Assembly (NCBI GenBank): GCA_009103225.1
Contig: RHPI01003124.1
Location: 187,757-251,756 of the forward strand
Direction: 5' to 3'
Length of the DNA stretch: 64,000 bases
Origin: Chlorokybus atmophyticus
Lineage: Eukaryota > Plantae > Mesostigma and Chlorokybus algae
Shown here: piece by piece, positions 37,201-50,729 of the stretch
Numbering within the stretch: position 1 is the stretch's first letter
Layout of the letters: every line of letters begins with the position of its first letter
Notes under the pieces: generated by a model
Told to the model about the DNA's origin: nothing
Databases searched by the model: none
What the model saw: only the letters and a program-made list of their open reading frames with translations
Made by a program: the position numbers and the translations under genes

Positions 37201-39584
37201 TCTTCGGCTTTTTTGCCGCGTGTACATTCGGCTGATGGTAACGCTTGCCTCCCACTCCCTGCGGCTTGGCCGCAACTGCTACATGTGAATTTTCCTGCAT
37301 CGCCATGTCATCATTATACATGTATACATATGCAGCTTCTAAGCCACACTTGCACAACTCAAACTGCTCGGCCTTGTCCACGCATCAGGCCACTGTTGGT
37401 GCGACCCACCTATGCCTAAAACCTTTGCAGAAACATGGAAGCCCGACCGATTCTGTCGCAACTTGCTGAGCTTGTTGCGGGCTTGAGTAGCCGGGTCCGT
37501 GCCACCATAGCGTTCCACCAAAAACTGATACAGTGCTTCTACTATCTTTGAAGCACCAGCATCTGTCTGTTTCGCCCATTCGTCGAGTGCGTCAGACGGC
37601 ATAAGCAACTCAGCAATAGCAATGTGCTCACCAATTGGGCGTCTTAATGCCGTCAAACAGTGCTTGACAGTTACCACCCAGTCGTGGATGCTAACGCTGC
37701 CGTTGGGCTTGAGATTCTCAGGTTTGTTAAACGCTGTAACCGGCAGCCCCGCTGACGTACCAGCTGCCGAAGTAGCACCCGCCACCTGCGCAGCGCCACC
37801 AACTCAGATTGCATAGCATCAAGGCGTGTTGTTAACTTGACTTGGCAAGCCAACTTGTCCTCCAAGTCGGGCCCCAAGTAACAGAACACATTCTTGCAGC
37901 GCTGCCAGGTTTCCACCACCAAGTTGGCCAAGGCTTCAAACGCCATTCGCTTGCCTTCGTATGGGAGTGGCTTATCATAAACAGCCATGAGAGCAGCCAC
38001 TTTAAGATCGCCACGCACAAGTGGCGGTGTTTTGTTCGTCAACTCGTGCTCAAGCATATGGATTACCATTTCCCTGCTTGCACGAGGAAGTGTGGCACAA
38101 TCCCTTTCATAGCTACCCCGAACCTTTTGTGCCCACGCCTCCCACGTTTCCTGACTAAGCTGAGGGTGGGTGTCAAGTAGAGCCTTACGCTTTGAGGCAT
38201 GCTTCTCAATAGCCCCGCCAATGACACTTTGCGTGTTTATTGCAGCTGGTCCACTCTGAGTTAGCTGGTTGGGAGGAGCTTCGCTATCTTGCTCAGCTTC
38301 CTTTTTGTCACTCTCAATAAGCTTGTAGCTCTCACTCGTATCCGAGTTCCTCACTTTGTCATCATTCGATGGCTCATACGACGACGATGAGTTAGGGACG
38401 GCGAAGTACTTCTCACCTCCCTCTCCTTGGTTAGCCATCTGCCCAAGGATATAAGCCGTTAGCAAGTGCACAATACACAGATTGTGCACTATAAAAAGTG
38501 GCAAATCTTCGTGCTTTTGTCTCGTCAAGTTTTGAGGGGTTTATGTGGAGTATACAGCTCAAAAAAAAAAGCTTTGTAAACACCTTTTAATTACACAATC
38601 ACTTTAGAACAAACCGTACGCAAATGCACGCGACGGTTCACGAGCTATGGCTGCTCAAAGTTTTCACTTTATACAACCCAGCTCCACTCACAATTACAAT
38701 TGACACGCGGGGTGATAAAATCTTATCGGATCGACCTTATAGGCCGATATTGTCGAGTTGTTTAGAGTTTAATATCGGCCGCCCAAAAAATCCTGGCGGC
38801 CTCACCGCGCTCACTGGCGGTAACGAGGCACTCGATGTTGCCACCGAACTGCCCCTAAAGGAATTGTCAAAAATAGATAGAAACCCTTACACCACCACGA
38901 TGCCACGTGGTGGTAAGCACATAATATACAATATAATAATCAATATATAATGACTATGTTGTATGCTTGCATGCAATGCTTCAAGGAGGGATTTGAAAAG
39001 CCGCCTTCACACAATAGCAAAACTAGCTTAGGACAGGCAGGTTAGGCATGGCATGGCATGGCACGGCATGCTAGGCTAGGCTAGGCTAGGCACCAGCAGC
39101 AGCGTTAAACCACAACAGTTAAAATAAACTGATTAATTACTACCACTGGTTGCCGTCGCCGCCGCTGCCCCCTGCCGCCGCCCCTCCCACAGGCCCCTTG
39201 CCGCCCTTGCTGCAATACCAATGTAAGGGGGGAGTGCCCCTCCTCCCTTAAATCCCTTACCCTAACACCACCACCAGCCACGTCGACGCCACCACCGCCG
39301 CCGCTGCAGAGTCAGCTGCCAGGGCAAAAGATGCTCTGGCTATGGCGGTCGCTGCGTTCGCAGCAGCCATGCGGCTGATATCGGCATGAGATAAGCGCTG
39401 CAGAGTCTCATGCGCTGCAGAGTCTCATGCCGATATAAGTGTTACTTATCATAACATTACATTAGGGCATTAACACTAGGTTAATGGCCCTAATATGGCT
39501 TTATTTGCTGTATAATCTGATCAACACTTTTCCTTAACCTTAAATAACGGCGGGGAACCTCCATGGAGGTAGCACTCCGTTACA
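34300..39584 (-). mobile_element. Old chromovirus 5' half: LTR, PBS, long leader, gag (N-extension, zinc knuckle), PR, RT, RH; degenerate
   Basis: LTR 39222-39584 is related to the young LTR; PBS TTGGTATTGCAGC; CFMCRQPGHIAKNC near 37100; pol colinear with 19545-21310; 93-bp in-frame duplication at 34826/34919. Confidence 0.92.
36077..36345 (-). rRNA. rnl: Mitochondrial LSU rRNA fragment (NUMT), non-functional
   Basis: GACGGTAAGACCCCGTGCACCTTTACT, GTGTAGGATAGGTGGGAG, CTTGAAATACCACCC and GGTGGGTAGTTTAACTGGGGCGG are conserved 23S-type domain V motifs; GTGCACCTT is the green-mitochondrial type. Confidence 0.85.
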
Positions 39585-39779
39585 TGTGGTGTGGTGTCCG
39601 TGGCAGCTCTGCACGTGTTGGGTGTGTGTGCTTGAGCGTGTATATTATGGTATGTGTGCCATGTGGGAGCGGAATGAAGGGTTAGCGTCCATCCTCTCCT
39701 TCCTTTGTGTGGTGCCGAGACTTTTAATGCAAGGTGCTACACCGTTAGTGCTGGGACTCCCCTCTGTAATATTTAATAG

Positions 39780-41280
39780 CTTGTGCATCAATCTGCAATT
39801 GGCTTGCAAGCCGAATAACATGTAAGTGACTAGTACGTCACATCAGCTGCGTACAATTAAAGCACACATACGAAGCAACTATTTAAAAAGCTACACATAG
39901 CAAGTTGGAGTAATGCAACTTGAAGTGCGATACGTATTACGCTCTTATCTACTTAATTTCCAAAACATGCATAATTGCAATTTATATAAAATAATTGTAA
40001 CGGTATTTGCTGTGCTATTATTGTTAAATTATTAAGAACATCAACATGCAGCTTGGCTCCCCGCTATATAATCTCGCAAGCAGCCACAGATTTTTACGGG
40101 CAAGCGCAAGTATACTTTAGCCTCGTGCCAACGTTAAACATTTAGATTATCGTTTACATCATAACTATCATTACACAATTTATGACCAACACCGCCGCCA
40201 TGGCGCTTGGAGCTCTAGTTGCCATATATTTCTATTAAGTATAATATGATTACATATTAAGCCTGAGACAACCAAATTCTCTGGAACAATATATAGGCTT
40301 AAAACGCAATATACACAAAGTTTAAGCATTGTATAATATAATACATTCTTTGACATACACTATCATTCTATGTTGATTATTTGAAATGTTTTTAAACGCA
40401 TTCTTATGTCTTATTCCACAAAACTTGCCGAGTCACCAATATTTGTTTATAAAAAGCGCTTGATGTAACCATAATCGCACCGTTGATAAATGATTAGCAC
40501 CACTTGTTATACCGATACACGATGTATATTATAGCATATCCAATTGATGTTGGGGGCATTTGCTACTTTCAAGGGTCGGTGAGTGGTTAATGCTCAATGA
40601 ATTAGCATTAACGCCAGGTTAATCTCTCATACGGTAATAGTTTTTGATGAAAGCAGGCGCAATAAATAGCTCTTGATTAGGTCTTTGCAACTGCTGTGCA
40701 AGTTAACAAAATTAAGCAACTCCATTGTTGGCATAAATAAACATATTGTTGCTATGTTACCTAGCTCGTATGTGATCACAAATATAGATATAATATTATT
40801 ACACAACCGTGTTTGCAGACAATAGGCTGTTGTGAACGTGACGCGCTGTGACAAAGTATGTTGGTAACATTTAGCGGGTTTTGTTGTACATATATGACAA
40901 TTATCCTCGCGACTATGTATTTGCTTGCATTGCACATCCATAGTAATGTATGTGCACATTATACACATACATATAACATGTATCAATATGTACCAATATA
41001 TATACATTCGCTTTATATACTTAAGTTCACATATACACATACGTATGCTGCATATTCAATATATACATATGCATAACGCACATGTATACACGACATCATG
41101 TCTATGCATATATATGATATAAACACACACGTATATATAGATACACACATATATACACAAGTTTTGCCTATACATGTGCATGAATGCATGTAAAGATACA
41201 TACCGTATGTGATTGTTTATACATAAAAGATCAACGATGTATCATGAAGTGATCTTACAATGTATATCTGAAGGTACCAA
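39780..41280. other. AT-rich segment of unresolved origin, with a TA/CA low-complexity tail
   Basis: Visibly lower GC than the genes; no recognisable ORF. Confidence 0.5.
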
Positions 41281-42178
41281 GTAATTTTCGTGCCGTAACT
41301 TAGATCGTACTCTAACGTTGTTACACGAGCGTAACCTGCGTAGGATAGCGTAATTATGTGTAATCAAGCGTAGCCCGCTTACCCGTTAACCTTTGCTGTT
41401 CTCTATGATATTGTTGACGTTAACCTCATTGACCTAGTTAATGGTTAACTGGTTAGCGCCCAACACTGCTATCATTGGATGATCCAATCATACCTGCAAG
41501 GAAAGGCACTACAATAAACACCGCAAGTGGCGCTGATCGAAATCGGTGCCCAAAACACGTGGCAGTCGAGACATGTCTCGCCAAGCCCTACCAATGATGG
41601 CGATGAAGGTGTCAATGCTAGTGTATGATGATGATCCAGCCACATGTACGCTGAGGAGGGTGTCAGTAGGTATCTGTCCTGCGCGCATGCCGTCACCGAG
41701 ATTCAATCAACAATATGCCTCTGTTGTGCGCTTTTTTGGGTCAAGTCCCAGAAGGATAAGGCACAGTCAGCAGATAATGGATGGATTGCCCCCCAGGCAG
41801 TTAGCCTGTGCCAGTGTGTCCTTTTTGGCGTGGCTTGCCAGTTGGCGCCAGTCACAGTCACCGTCATCAGTAGTGATGGCGAAGAGCGATGTCTCACCGA
41901 CATGTCTTGTCAAACGTTTGGTAGCCTGTGTGGAACCTGTTTTGTCTTGCCTGTGTGTTGCGCCGATGCATGGAAAGGTGAATGCATGCATCGCTGTGTG
42001 CATGCGCATGTGCGTGTGTGTCAGCACAAGTGCTTTGGATTTGACGATTCGGTTGCCAACTAGGCCTACGTGTGACAGTCTCCGTCCATGCAAGGCACTA
42101 TATATAGCCAGGCATTTCATGTGTGCAAGACAGCCAGCGAGTGTGCAGTAGCAGAAGACGACTTCAGTCCTGTCCACC

Positions 42179-44361
42179 ATGGCGAAGGTGAGACTCTCTC
42201 TTCCTCTCCGTGTGTGTGTGTGCGCATCCATACGCTGTAGTGTCCCACACACATGCATGTCCGCAAGTATCTGCATAACCACCCGCATTTTTGCATCATA
42301 CCCACTCAGCACGCAACAATCTAATCACCCTTCCTCTTGCAGTTGTGGGTCCTTCTCCTCTGCGCTGCCGTCCTGGCCAATGCGCACTTCACCCTCGCCA
42401 ACAACGGTGACAATGGCAATGGCAATGACAACGACAACAACAACAACTGTCGCGGCGACGGCAGAGGCGCACTTCCCACCAAGTACGGCCTGCTTGCCAC
42501 AGGAGACCTTACCACAGTGGATGAAGGAGGACCGTACTACGTCCCACAAGTCCAACAAGCAGAAGTGCAGGGTGAGTATGTGGATATGTGGGTATGTGGT
42601 AACAATTGTGTCACTTGGTCTTGCTACTGACTACTTGTGTTTTTTATCGTTCACAGCTGCTATTGCGGCTAAGGCTGGTCGCCAGAGGATTTATGACAGC
42701 GATGTGTTGAACTTCTTGGCCAACACCGAGTGCTTCGAGGCGAGGTTCGACTCGTTCGCGGCCTTTGGACATGACATGCCGGAGGACTTGCTGTCGTACA
42801 CTGGAACGGGTTATGGCCGTGCTATTGGTGGAAGGTAGGGTTGGTTTCAGTACCCTCATGTGGCTGTGTGTGCGTGTGGGTAGGTGAGTTTCAGTGATGT
42901 AACTTGCTGTGATCAGGAAGGCGAAGCTGAGCAACCAGGTGCAGTCATGGATTGAAGAGGTGGCGTTGGATGAGCAAGGCCATGTGAGGTAGGCTGAGAG
43001 ACAATACAATGACAGAATCACACGAGTGTGTTGAGCACATGTCCATTTGGTATGCGCGCACATGTGAGCATCTGTGTGTGACTGTGAAAGAGGTAGTTGT
43101 TACTGTGGTTCTTACGCCTTGCATTGCAGACTCATCCGCGATGTCCTGCGCGACCGCTCCGTGCCATGCCCCGTTGTCGACATTGATATCGGCTTCACCA
43201 AGTTCTTCGACGCCGCCGTAGGCAAGACCAGCAGCCCACGCTTCGACTGCTACAAGGACGACATCAACTTCCTGCTGTGCGTGTGGTCCGTCGAAGGTGA
43301 GACAGATGAGATCGGCTCTTTATGTACACGTGTCCATGAGTTTTGCACTGCTGATGGTCCTGTTTCGGACATTCGATTATGAACATCACACTGAGGCTGA
43401 CTGCTATCTGTACATTTGCAGAGATTGGCGCCACCGGAGACCAGGTGAGGTCATGCACTTGGAACCTGTGCGTGTGTGTGTGCGCGAGCGCACTTAAAAT
43501 GGGGACGTCGTTGTCGTTACGCTACTTGCTCATACATTCTCACGTCACCCAACCTAGTTGTGTGTGTCTTAGGGCTCCATTGCTTTGATGAGCAACCCGG
43601 GTCTCGCCGCCTCCGTGGCCGGTCTCGCTTGCTCCGCCAGCTACCAGGCCGCCGTGGACAGGCAGATGCTGTGGGAGAGGCGCAACTACACCGTGCCGGA
43701 GTATGGCCTGAAGGTGTGGGAGATTGTGCAGAAGGTGTCGGACCTGAGGGATCTGTTTGATGGGCCGCTTGAAGTCGACCAGGGATTGTACAACTTTGAC
43801 AAGAACTACATCGCGGTGCCAACGCTGAAGATCAACAATGTGCCGACGGATTACCACGGTGTCACCTTCGCACGCACACCCAAGCAGGTACTGATGGTGT
43901 ATGTACGCACACGCACCCACCCACCCACATGCTTGCACACACTCACACACACATACACACAGGTTCTGCGCATCTTGACTCTGGGCTCCGACAACGGTCG
44001 CGGCGGTTACTTCCCCGAGGGCGTCCACGGCAAGATCACCAACACCATCGGCTACGCCGACCAGGCCAACGGATTCGCGGGATACAAGGGAAACAAGGTC
44101 ACCGTACGCACCCTCGCAGAGGTAAGCATGTTGCGATGTATCACAATATCACACCCTCACTAGCATCAACTCACCTTGTCTCTCACTCAGGCTGGGCGTG
44201 CCAACCTTCTCAACAACGGTGTCATCATCCCCGCACGTGCTCCTCAACCACTTCAGGATGAGGCTTCTGGTGTGGAGTATGGTTCTGGTTTCGACATCAC
44301 CAACCTGGGCACGGGGCTGCCTATTGGCCCGTACGCGGATACCTTCGAGCCGCGCTCTTAG
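42179..44361 (+). CDS. Secreted ferritin-like desiccation-related protein (PCC13-62 family), intact, 9 exons
   Basis: MAK|LWVLLLCAAVLANAHFTLA signal; DVLNFLANTECFEARF, EVALDEQGHVRLIR, PCPVVDI, ASYQAAVDRQMLWE, FARTPKQVLRIL..GGYFPEGVHG; all introns GT-AG; TAG at 44359-61. Confidence 0.88.
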
Positions 44362-44841
44362 AGTGTGGAAGTGAAGTTGGGTTTATTTCACATCTATGTT
44401 GATGTTGTAGTATGGTTGGGTTAGAGTGCACCCGCGGATTGGTGGTGTGGCGTAGGTTTGGCGGAGGTAGATAGAATTGTGTGAAACAAGACCTGTACCT
44501 GTACCTGTACCCCTTTTTGGGTTGGTAAATCAACAATTTTCTTGTCTTGCAACTGTGCTTGGATTCTGCTCTGCTACTGCATCCCTGTTGTGATGGGTTT
44601 GCATGGTTGTGTGATGGATGATGGCAGGCCATGCATCAAACACTCAGACTTAGAATTAAATGTATCGTTGCTTGCAATTCACGCACTGACATTTGACTCG
44701 CTCATGTGAAATACTGCTGTGCATAAAATAATGTGTCACATTTATTGACAACAAACATGGTACATGCTGATCGGAATACCGCCCCCCCGAATCTCGGCTT
44801 TAACTTGTTCCGTGTGATACCTGCTTGTACACCTTCTCTCC

Positions 44842-45042
<201 letters not shown>

Positions 45043-45219
45043 TCCCCTTGCACTCCTAAATTTTGCCTTAATTGCTGTACTTGAATCTCAGGTTGTTCAC
45101 ACCTGGACGAGCCGCCAACGCATAAACGCTGTGTGCATACTGCTTCATCACTTGCATGTTCAGACAGTTCAAACATTTGAATTTCACACAGCTTGCGCCA
45201 CGTCGCACGCGGCAACAGC

Positions 45220-47088
45220 ATGCCCGCCTTCGGCGCCGGCGGCGGTGGCGGCGGCAGCGACGTAGGGGGAGGAGAAGTGGGAGGAGGAGGAAGAGATGCG
45301 GGAGAAGTGGTGAAAGTAGTGGGAGTAGTCGCACAAGGGCTAGCGGGCTTCTTCCCGGGCTCTCACGGCGTTGCCGCCGCCGCCCTGAGCGCCTCCAACT
45401 CACCGCCGCCCCGGTCTGCTGCTTCTTCGCCGCAGCACGCCGCTCTCATCGGCCCGGAGCATAGGTACGCCCCTGCACCAAGCCTGACATGCATACCTTT
45501 GTTCATCATCACAAGAGAGTACTTGCCTACACTGACTGGCAGCCTAGGCACTGAGTGTTGGGGAAGACATGCGTTGACTGCTGTTACGTGTGCTTGCGTT
45601 AGTTGTTTCAACCTCGGGTCTCGTGTAGTGGACATCTATGCTTGTGCTGTTCAACACCTGAAGTCAGTAACTCCATCATCAGCACAGTTGTGGCATTCAA
45701 ACCTCACGCCCATGCGCCATGCTTGATTGCTTGATATGATTATACAAAGTGGAGTGCGTGTGTCTGAGCTATGGGACCACCACCACCACCACCACCATCA
45801 CAATCACCACCCCCACAACATCAACAATCCATCTCATGGTAGTGGCAAGACGTCCTTGCTGGTGGCATACGCTCTGTCCATCCTCCGCTCCAATCAAAAC
45901 AACAACAACAATATCAGCAACATCTCCACGCGCGCGCTGTACATCCGTCCCGCTCCCGTCGCCACTGACGCCAACCCTGCCCGGCACGGTGCCTGCGACG
46001 TCGATGTGGCGCTGCCTGAAGGAGTCGATGCGGCTGACGAGGGACTCGCCAGAGTGGATGTCAGGTAGGAGGGGGAGGGAAGCTTTGCTGAGACATGGAT
46101 GTATGCTTGCGAGTGTTGTCGTATATGGCAAAAGAATTATGTCTGGTTGTGCACGTGTATGGCGTGCGTGCGTGGGCAAGTGAATACAGCACCTTTGCAT
46201 TGGTGCGTGCGCGCGTCCATGTGCACATGTTGTCTTCTTGCTGTACGCGCACTGGTGTACCCAGGCAGCAGTCTACCCATCCAGCGTGTTTCTGCGTGCG
46301 TGTGCTTACAAAAACACGTGCGCACATATGCACATATTACCAATGTAGGCTCAGCGCACACGCACAGCTTCTGTTAAGTTTGAGTTGTCAGACTTCTGCT
46401 GGATGTGTCACACAAAAGGTACTTGGCATCCGACACGGAGCTTCGCAAGTTCTTCGCCTGCTTCCACCTGCTGCGGCAGCTGCCTTGCGCGGTGTTGATC
46501 GACGACTTCTCAGAGTTCTTCGCACACAACCGGTGAGTCACCCTCAACCTCCTGCATGCAAGTTAACACATCAAAAGGTGAGGTTAACGTCCACATCGCA
46601 GGCAGAAAGAGGGTGTGGACGCGCGGCTGCCGTCGCAGCAAGAAATGGCTGTCGCGCAGACGATCGCGTGCGTGCGCGACGCTGTTGACTATGCAAAGTA
46701 AGTGAGAATGTGTGCTTGCGTGCGTGCATGCTCCCATTGCTGTGTTGTGTGTACACAACAGTGTTCTGTATGTGCAGTCAGCGGCTGAGAAAAGACGGGT
46801 TATTGTGCCAACTTCTTGTTGCCGACACGGCTTCCCGCCACAAACAGTACTTGTTTCATCGCTGGCTGCCCACACTGTACGAAATCAAAGGTAAGCGCAA
46901 GTACTAGCGTCATACTAGTGTGTGGATCTGTTGGTATCAGACACAAACATCTTTCTTGCTGATCAGGTGTCAGCCATGGCGAGTTCGAGTTGAGCGCGCG
47001 TGCCGGCAGCAAGCAACATGTGGACTGCGTGGTCACCTACACTATGGATGAGCAACACGTGCGCGTGGAGAGGGTTCACAAGCGCTGA
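45220..47088 (+). CDS. SWSAP1: SWSAP1-like RecA-fold ATPase (Shu complex), 6 exons
   Basis: Spliced Walker A LIGPEHS|GKTSLLVAYA; YL..DTELRKFFACFHLL..PCAVLIDDF; TIACVRDAV; C-terminal beta region. Confidence 0.75.
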
Positions 47089-47830
47089 TGCTGCTGCTAG
47101 ATTGGAAGCACTGTAAAATAGGTTTGGAGCACGGACACACGTATGCACGCAAGCACGCACTCGCACACAGGCTCACACAATCTCACCAGTGAGTTTGATT
47201 CTCAGCACACACACCCTCATGGGAACACAGCACGCACAGTAAGCAGAGTCGCTTGGTTCCCATGCATTGAGACTCACTCTGCAGTATTGTTGGGTGGGAA
47301 CACTGTGTCCCTGCTTGTGTGCATGGGTTCACATCATATTGGACCCTGCTGTCTGCATCATGTGAACAGCAGCTGCCGATAGTTCTTTGTCCTTCCTGCA
47401 GCCTTTTTTTTCTGGTGTCCACAGCTGCCCTACACCTAATTGAAGCGAGGCAAACAGCGTTCAGCAAGCTTGCAAGCAATATACGTATTTCGTGGCATAT
47501 TGTAAGCTTTGACTGCATTCCCTGATGCGGGTGTGCACTTGCCTGTGCATGTGTAGGAGATTGCGCACGCGTGCGAAAGTTTATATGCCTTGAGGACGCA
47601 ATCAAGACATTTGCTTTATGCGTATGTTGCCTTCATGCTTGTCCGCGAGGGTCTGTCTCGTGCGCAAGTGTCTGTGTGTTTGCCTGTTTCCTCCACACTG
47701 CTGCCCTGCTGTACCCACCAGTGCATGCGCGTGGGATGCTGGTTGACGTTGTCAGCACAAGTGCAATAGCAACTCAACAATGTAACATGCATTTTCGCAG
47801 CTCATGTCTGAAACGCATGCACACGGGGGG

Positions 47831-47932
47831 NNNNNNNNNNNNNNNNNNNNNNNNNNNNNNNNNNNNNNNNNNNNNNNNNNNNNNNNNNNNNNNNNNNNNN
47901 NNNNNNNGGGGGGGGGGGGGGGGGGGGGGGGG
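47831..47932. other. Assembly gap flanked by poly-G
   Basis: 77 N followed by a G run. Confidence 1.
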
Positions 47933-48505
47933 CGTTGTTGACATGTGCAGGTGCACCACGTTTACACGAACTTTGCGCATGATCGCATTGCCTTTGACAC
48001 ATTGCTTTAACACAAACACAATACTACTTTGGCAGCCAGGCGTGCGTGTAGTTGTGTGTGGTTGTTTTTGCCTTACACATGCACAACCCACCTGTTGCCA
48101 AGGGTTGGTTAACGTTAGTTGGCTGCTGCCTCCTGCTGCTCGACATTCGCATTGCATTGCATTGCACGTAAGGCACTTAGTGTGGTGTAGGATAGGTGGT
48201 CAAGGCCCCGTGTGTAATAATTGTGTTGGTGTTGGCGGTTTGTGCTTGTGTGCTGACTACTTGCAATTGAGCATGTTTTTGGGATGACTACGATGCATAC
48301 CCTGTGGATGGCTGGTTGTGCACGGGTGCGTGTAGTTGCGTGTGGTTGTATTTGCTTTAGATACACACAAACCACCTTGTGGCTGGCTGGCATATCATGT
48401 CATTCAAGGGGAGCGTTTTGGCTTCTTTTTCAGGTTAAGTCCCAACTCCCCAAGCGAGTGAGTAATCAGTTCTAGTTCTTTGCTTTGCATGCGGCAGCGG
48501 CGGCG

Positions 48506-49956
48506 ATGGCGACCATGGCAGCGGCGGCGGCGGCGGTGGCGGTGTGGTGCGCAGGAGGCGGCGTGGCAGGCGGTGGGCAGCGAAGGCGAGAGGCACAGCG
48601 CCTCAGCTTGATCAGGAGGAGAGCACTATCAACGGTGTGCTCCACAAAGGAGACCGCCACAACCACATCAACGACAGCAACAGCAACGACGACACCTCGG
48701 CGGACGGTGCTGGCGGTGGCTGCCGTCACTGCGGCTGCAGCCATAGCTCTTCCTATCAGGTGAACGGCACGCTGCTCTTGCCATTCCTTGGTTCAATGCT
48801 GTGAAGTTACACATCAGTCAACCAGTTTGAAACCAAGCTAAGCTAAGCCAAGGCAACTTTTCAAGTAGCACTCTCTCGTTTCAATTGGGCATTTTCATTC
48901 ACAGCTCAAGGTTGGTCAGACAGCTTGCCACTCAGCTCCGCAAATAAGCAAGCAAACTCGTGCATGCATTGTGTGAAGGCAGCTATGAAGCTACCAAACG
49001 ACATTTACACACGCGCACGTATAAACAGGCAAAGCATGCGAGCGGTGTACACACACATACACATAGCGCCGACAGTTGCCCTTCATCCTCATCAAGCTTC
49101 GTAGCATGTGTTTTCTCTAATTGACATTCTCTCCTGCTGCTCAAGTAGGCCGCCCACAGTCTGTGCCCAGCAGCAGGGAAGTGGTTCAGGTCTCCTCCCC
49201 CTCATCTCTTCTCAGACGCAGCGCCTGATCGACCGACTCAACACCGGGGACGTCGACGGGTTCGTCGGGGGCTACGCGGCGGACGCCGTGATGGTGATTG
49301 GAGGGAAGAAGTACAGGTGGGGGTGTTGGTTGATGGAGGAGAGAGAAAGCAGATATAGCTAGCATGCGTGTGTGTGTGCGCGCGAAGCTAAACAGAGCTG
49401 TGTGTTGTACGGGAGGGAATCTGTGTGCCCATTCGTAATGCGTGTGATGTAGTTGTAGAGAGTGTGCGTGATGCATCGCTGTGTTTGCTTGCAGAGGCAG
49501 GAAAGAGATCAGAGGTGCCATACAGGGCCTTGTCGACAAGGGCTTCCTCCCAGTACAGGTGCAGCTACATACATACACATATACTCACATGCGTGTCATG
49601 AGCGCGCATGTGCACATACTTACGCGCGTGCGCACACGCACGATTGACCACAGCATGCGCGCGTGTGCTCACACATACACTTGCACACGTGCGTCCACAC
49701 ACACACATGTCTCAACAGCTTATACATACCTCAACACGCTCACCTCACCACCACCACCACCACCACGTTGATCACCCCACTTCATCCCCATCAGGTGCGG
49801 ACCCTCTCTGTGGGCGAGCTTGACACGGGCCGTCTGATCGAGCGCGGCAAGTACAGCGGGCCCACCGGAGCGGGCAGCTACAGCACCACGTGGCAGCCCG
49901 CAAACAACAACAGCAGCACCAAAGAGTGGGAGATACTGCTCGATGTGTTGGACTAG
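48506..49956 (+). CDS. NTF2/SnoaL-like (DUF4440-type) protein with plastid transit peptide and twin-arginine lumen signal, 4 exons
   Basis: Ala/Ser/Thr-rich transit peptide, PRRTVLAVAAVTAAAAIALPIR|PPTVCA, then LNTGDVDGFVGGYAADAVMV..|GRKEI..GSYSTTW..WEILLD*. Confidence 0.7.
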
Positions 49957-50729
49957 CTGCATAAAAACAACATAGACTCATCGTAGACTTGAGGTACAGT
50001 AGTGTGCCAGGCTGCACCAGGCTGCAGCCGTCCAGCCGGTGACGAGGTTTGATGAAGAGACGACGACGGAGGAGGAGTGAGTCGTTTGTCTGAGATGTGG
50101 CGAGTTACTTGTATATAGATGAACTCTGCTGTATATGCGCAGGCGGTTAGGGCAATCTTGCCGTTGTCGACAATATGTGTCTTTTTGCAACATATGGTGG
50201 CCTTGCAGAGTCATGTGCAAGCGTAGGATTGAGTCGCAACACTCCAGTTCTGTACATGGTTTTGAATCAGTGAGGCTCGGGTGCATTGCTGTACAAGCAA
50301 TTCAGCGTAGTCAGCACTGGTGATGTATTCTCAAGCTTGATGCGCTCATTCGTGATCTCTGCAATGAAGAAGCTGCTGGTAGTGTGGTCCTCGTTTGTTT
50401 GTCCACTGCTTGGTCTGTTGCAACACATACACAATTACGCGCGCTCACGCAACGGCAACAATGCCAACATGCATTACTATACCTTATGCATACACGGTCT
50501 TACTCTGCAGATGCACATGCCTTGTGGCAATGCAAGGCACACGACATACATACAGTGCCATTGAGCTGTACACCCCTTACACAAGCACTCAATATGCTTA
50601 CACTATCCATCCCAGCAAGCGACACTCGGATCATCAAGCAACGCACGCAAACAATGCAGATGGTGTTGGAAAACTAGCAGCCGACTAGCTACCGGTAGTT
50701 CGCATGCATCAGGCAAGAGCGGTGCATTG

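Noticed and set aside
37671-38528. Independent extra ORF in the old chromovirus
   Set aside because: It shifts frame into gag near 37800, so it is more simply a long gag N-terminal extension.
47192-47280. Imperfect hairpin downstream of SWSAP1
   Set aside because: Only a 9-bp perfect stem; within chance for this repeat-rich genome.
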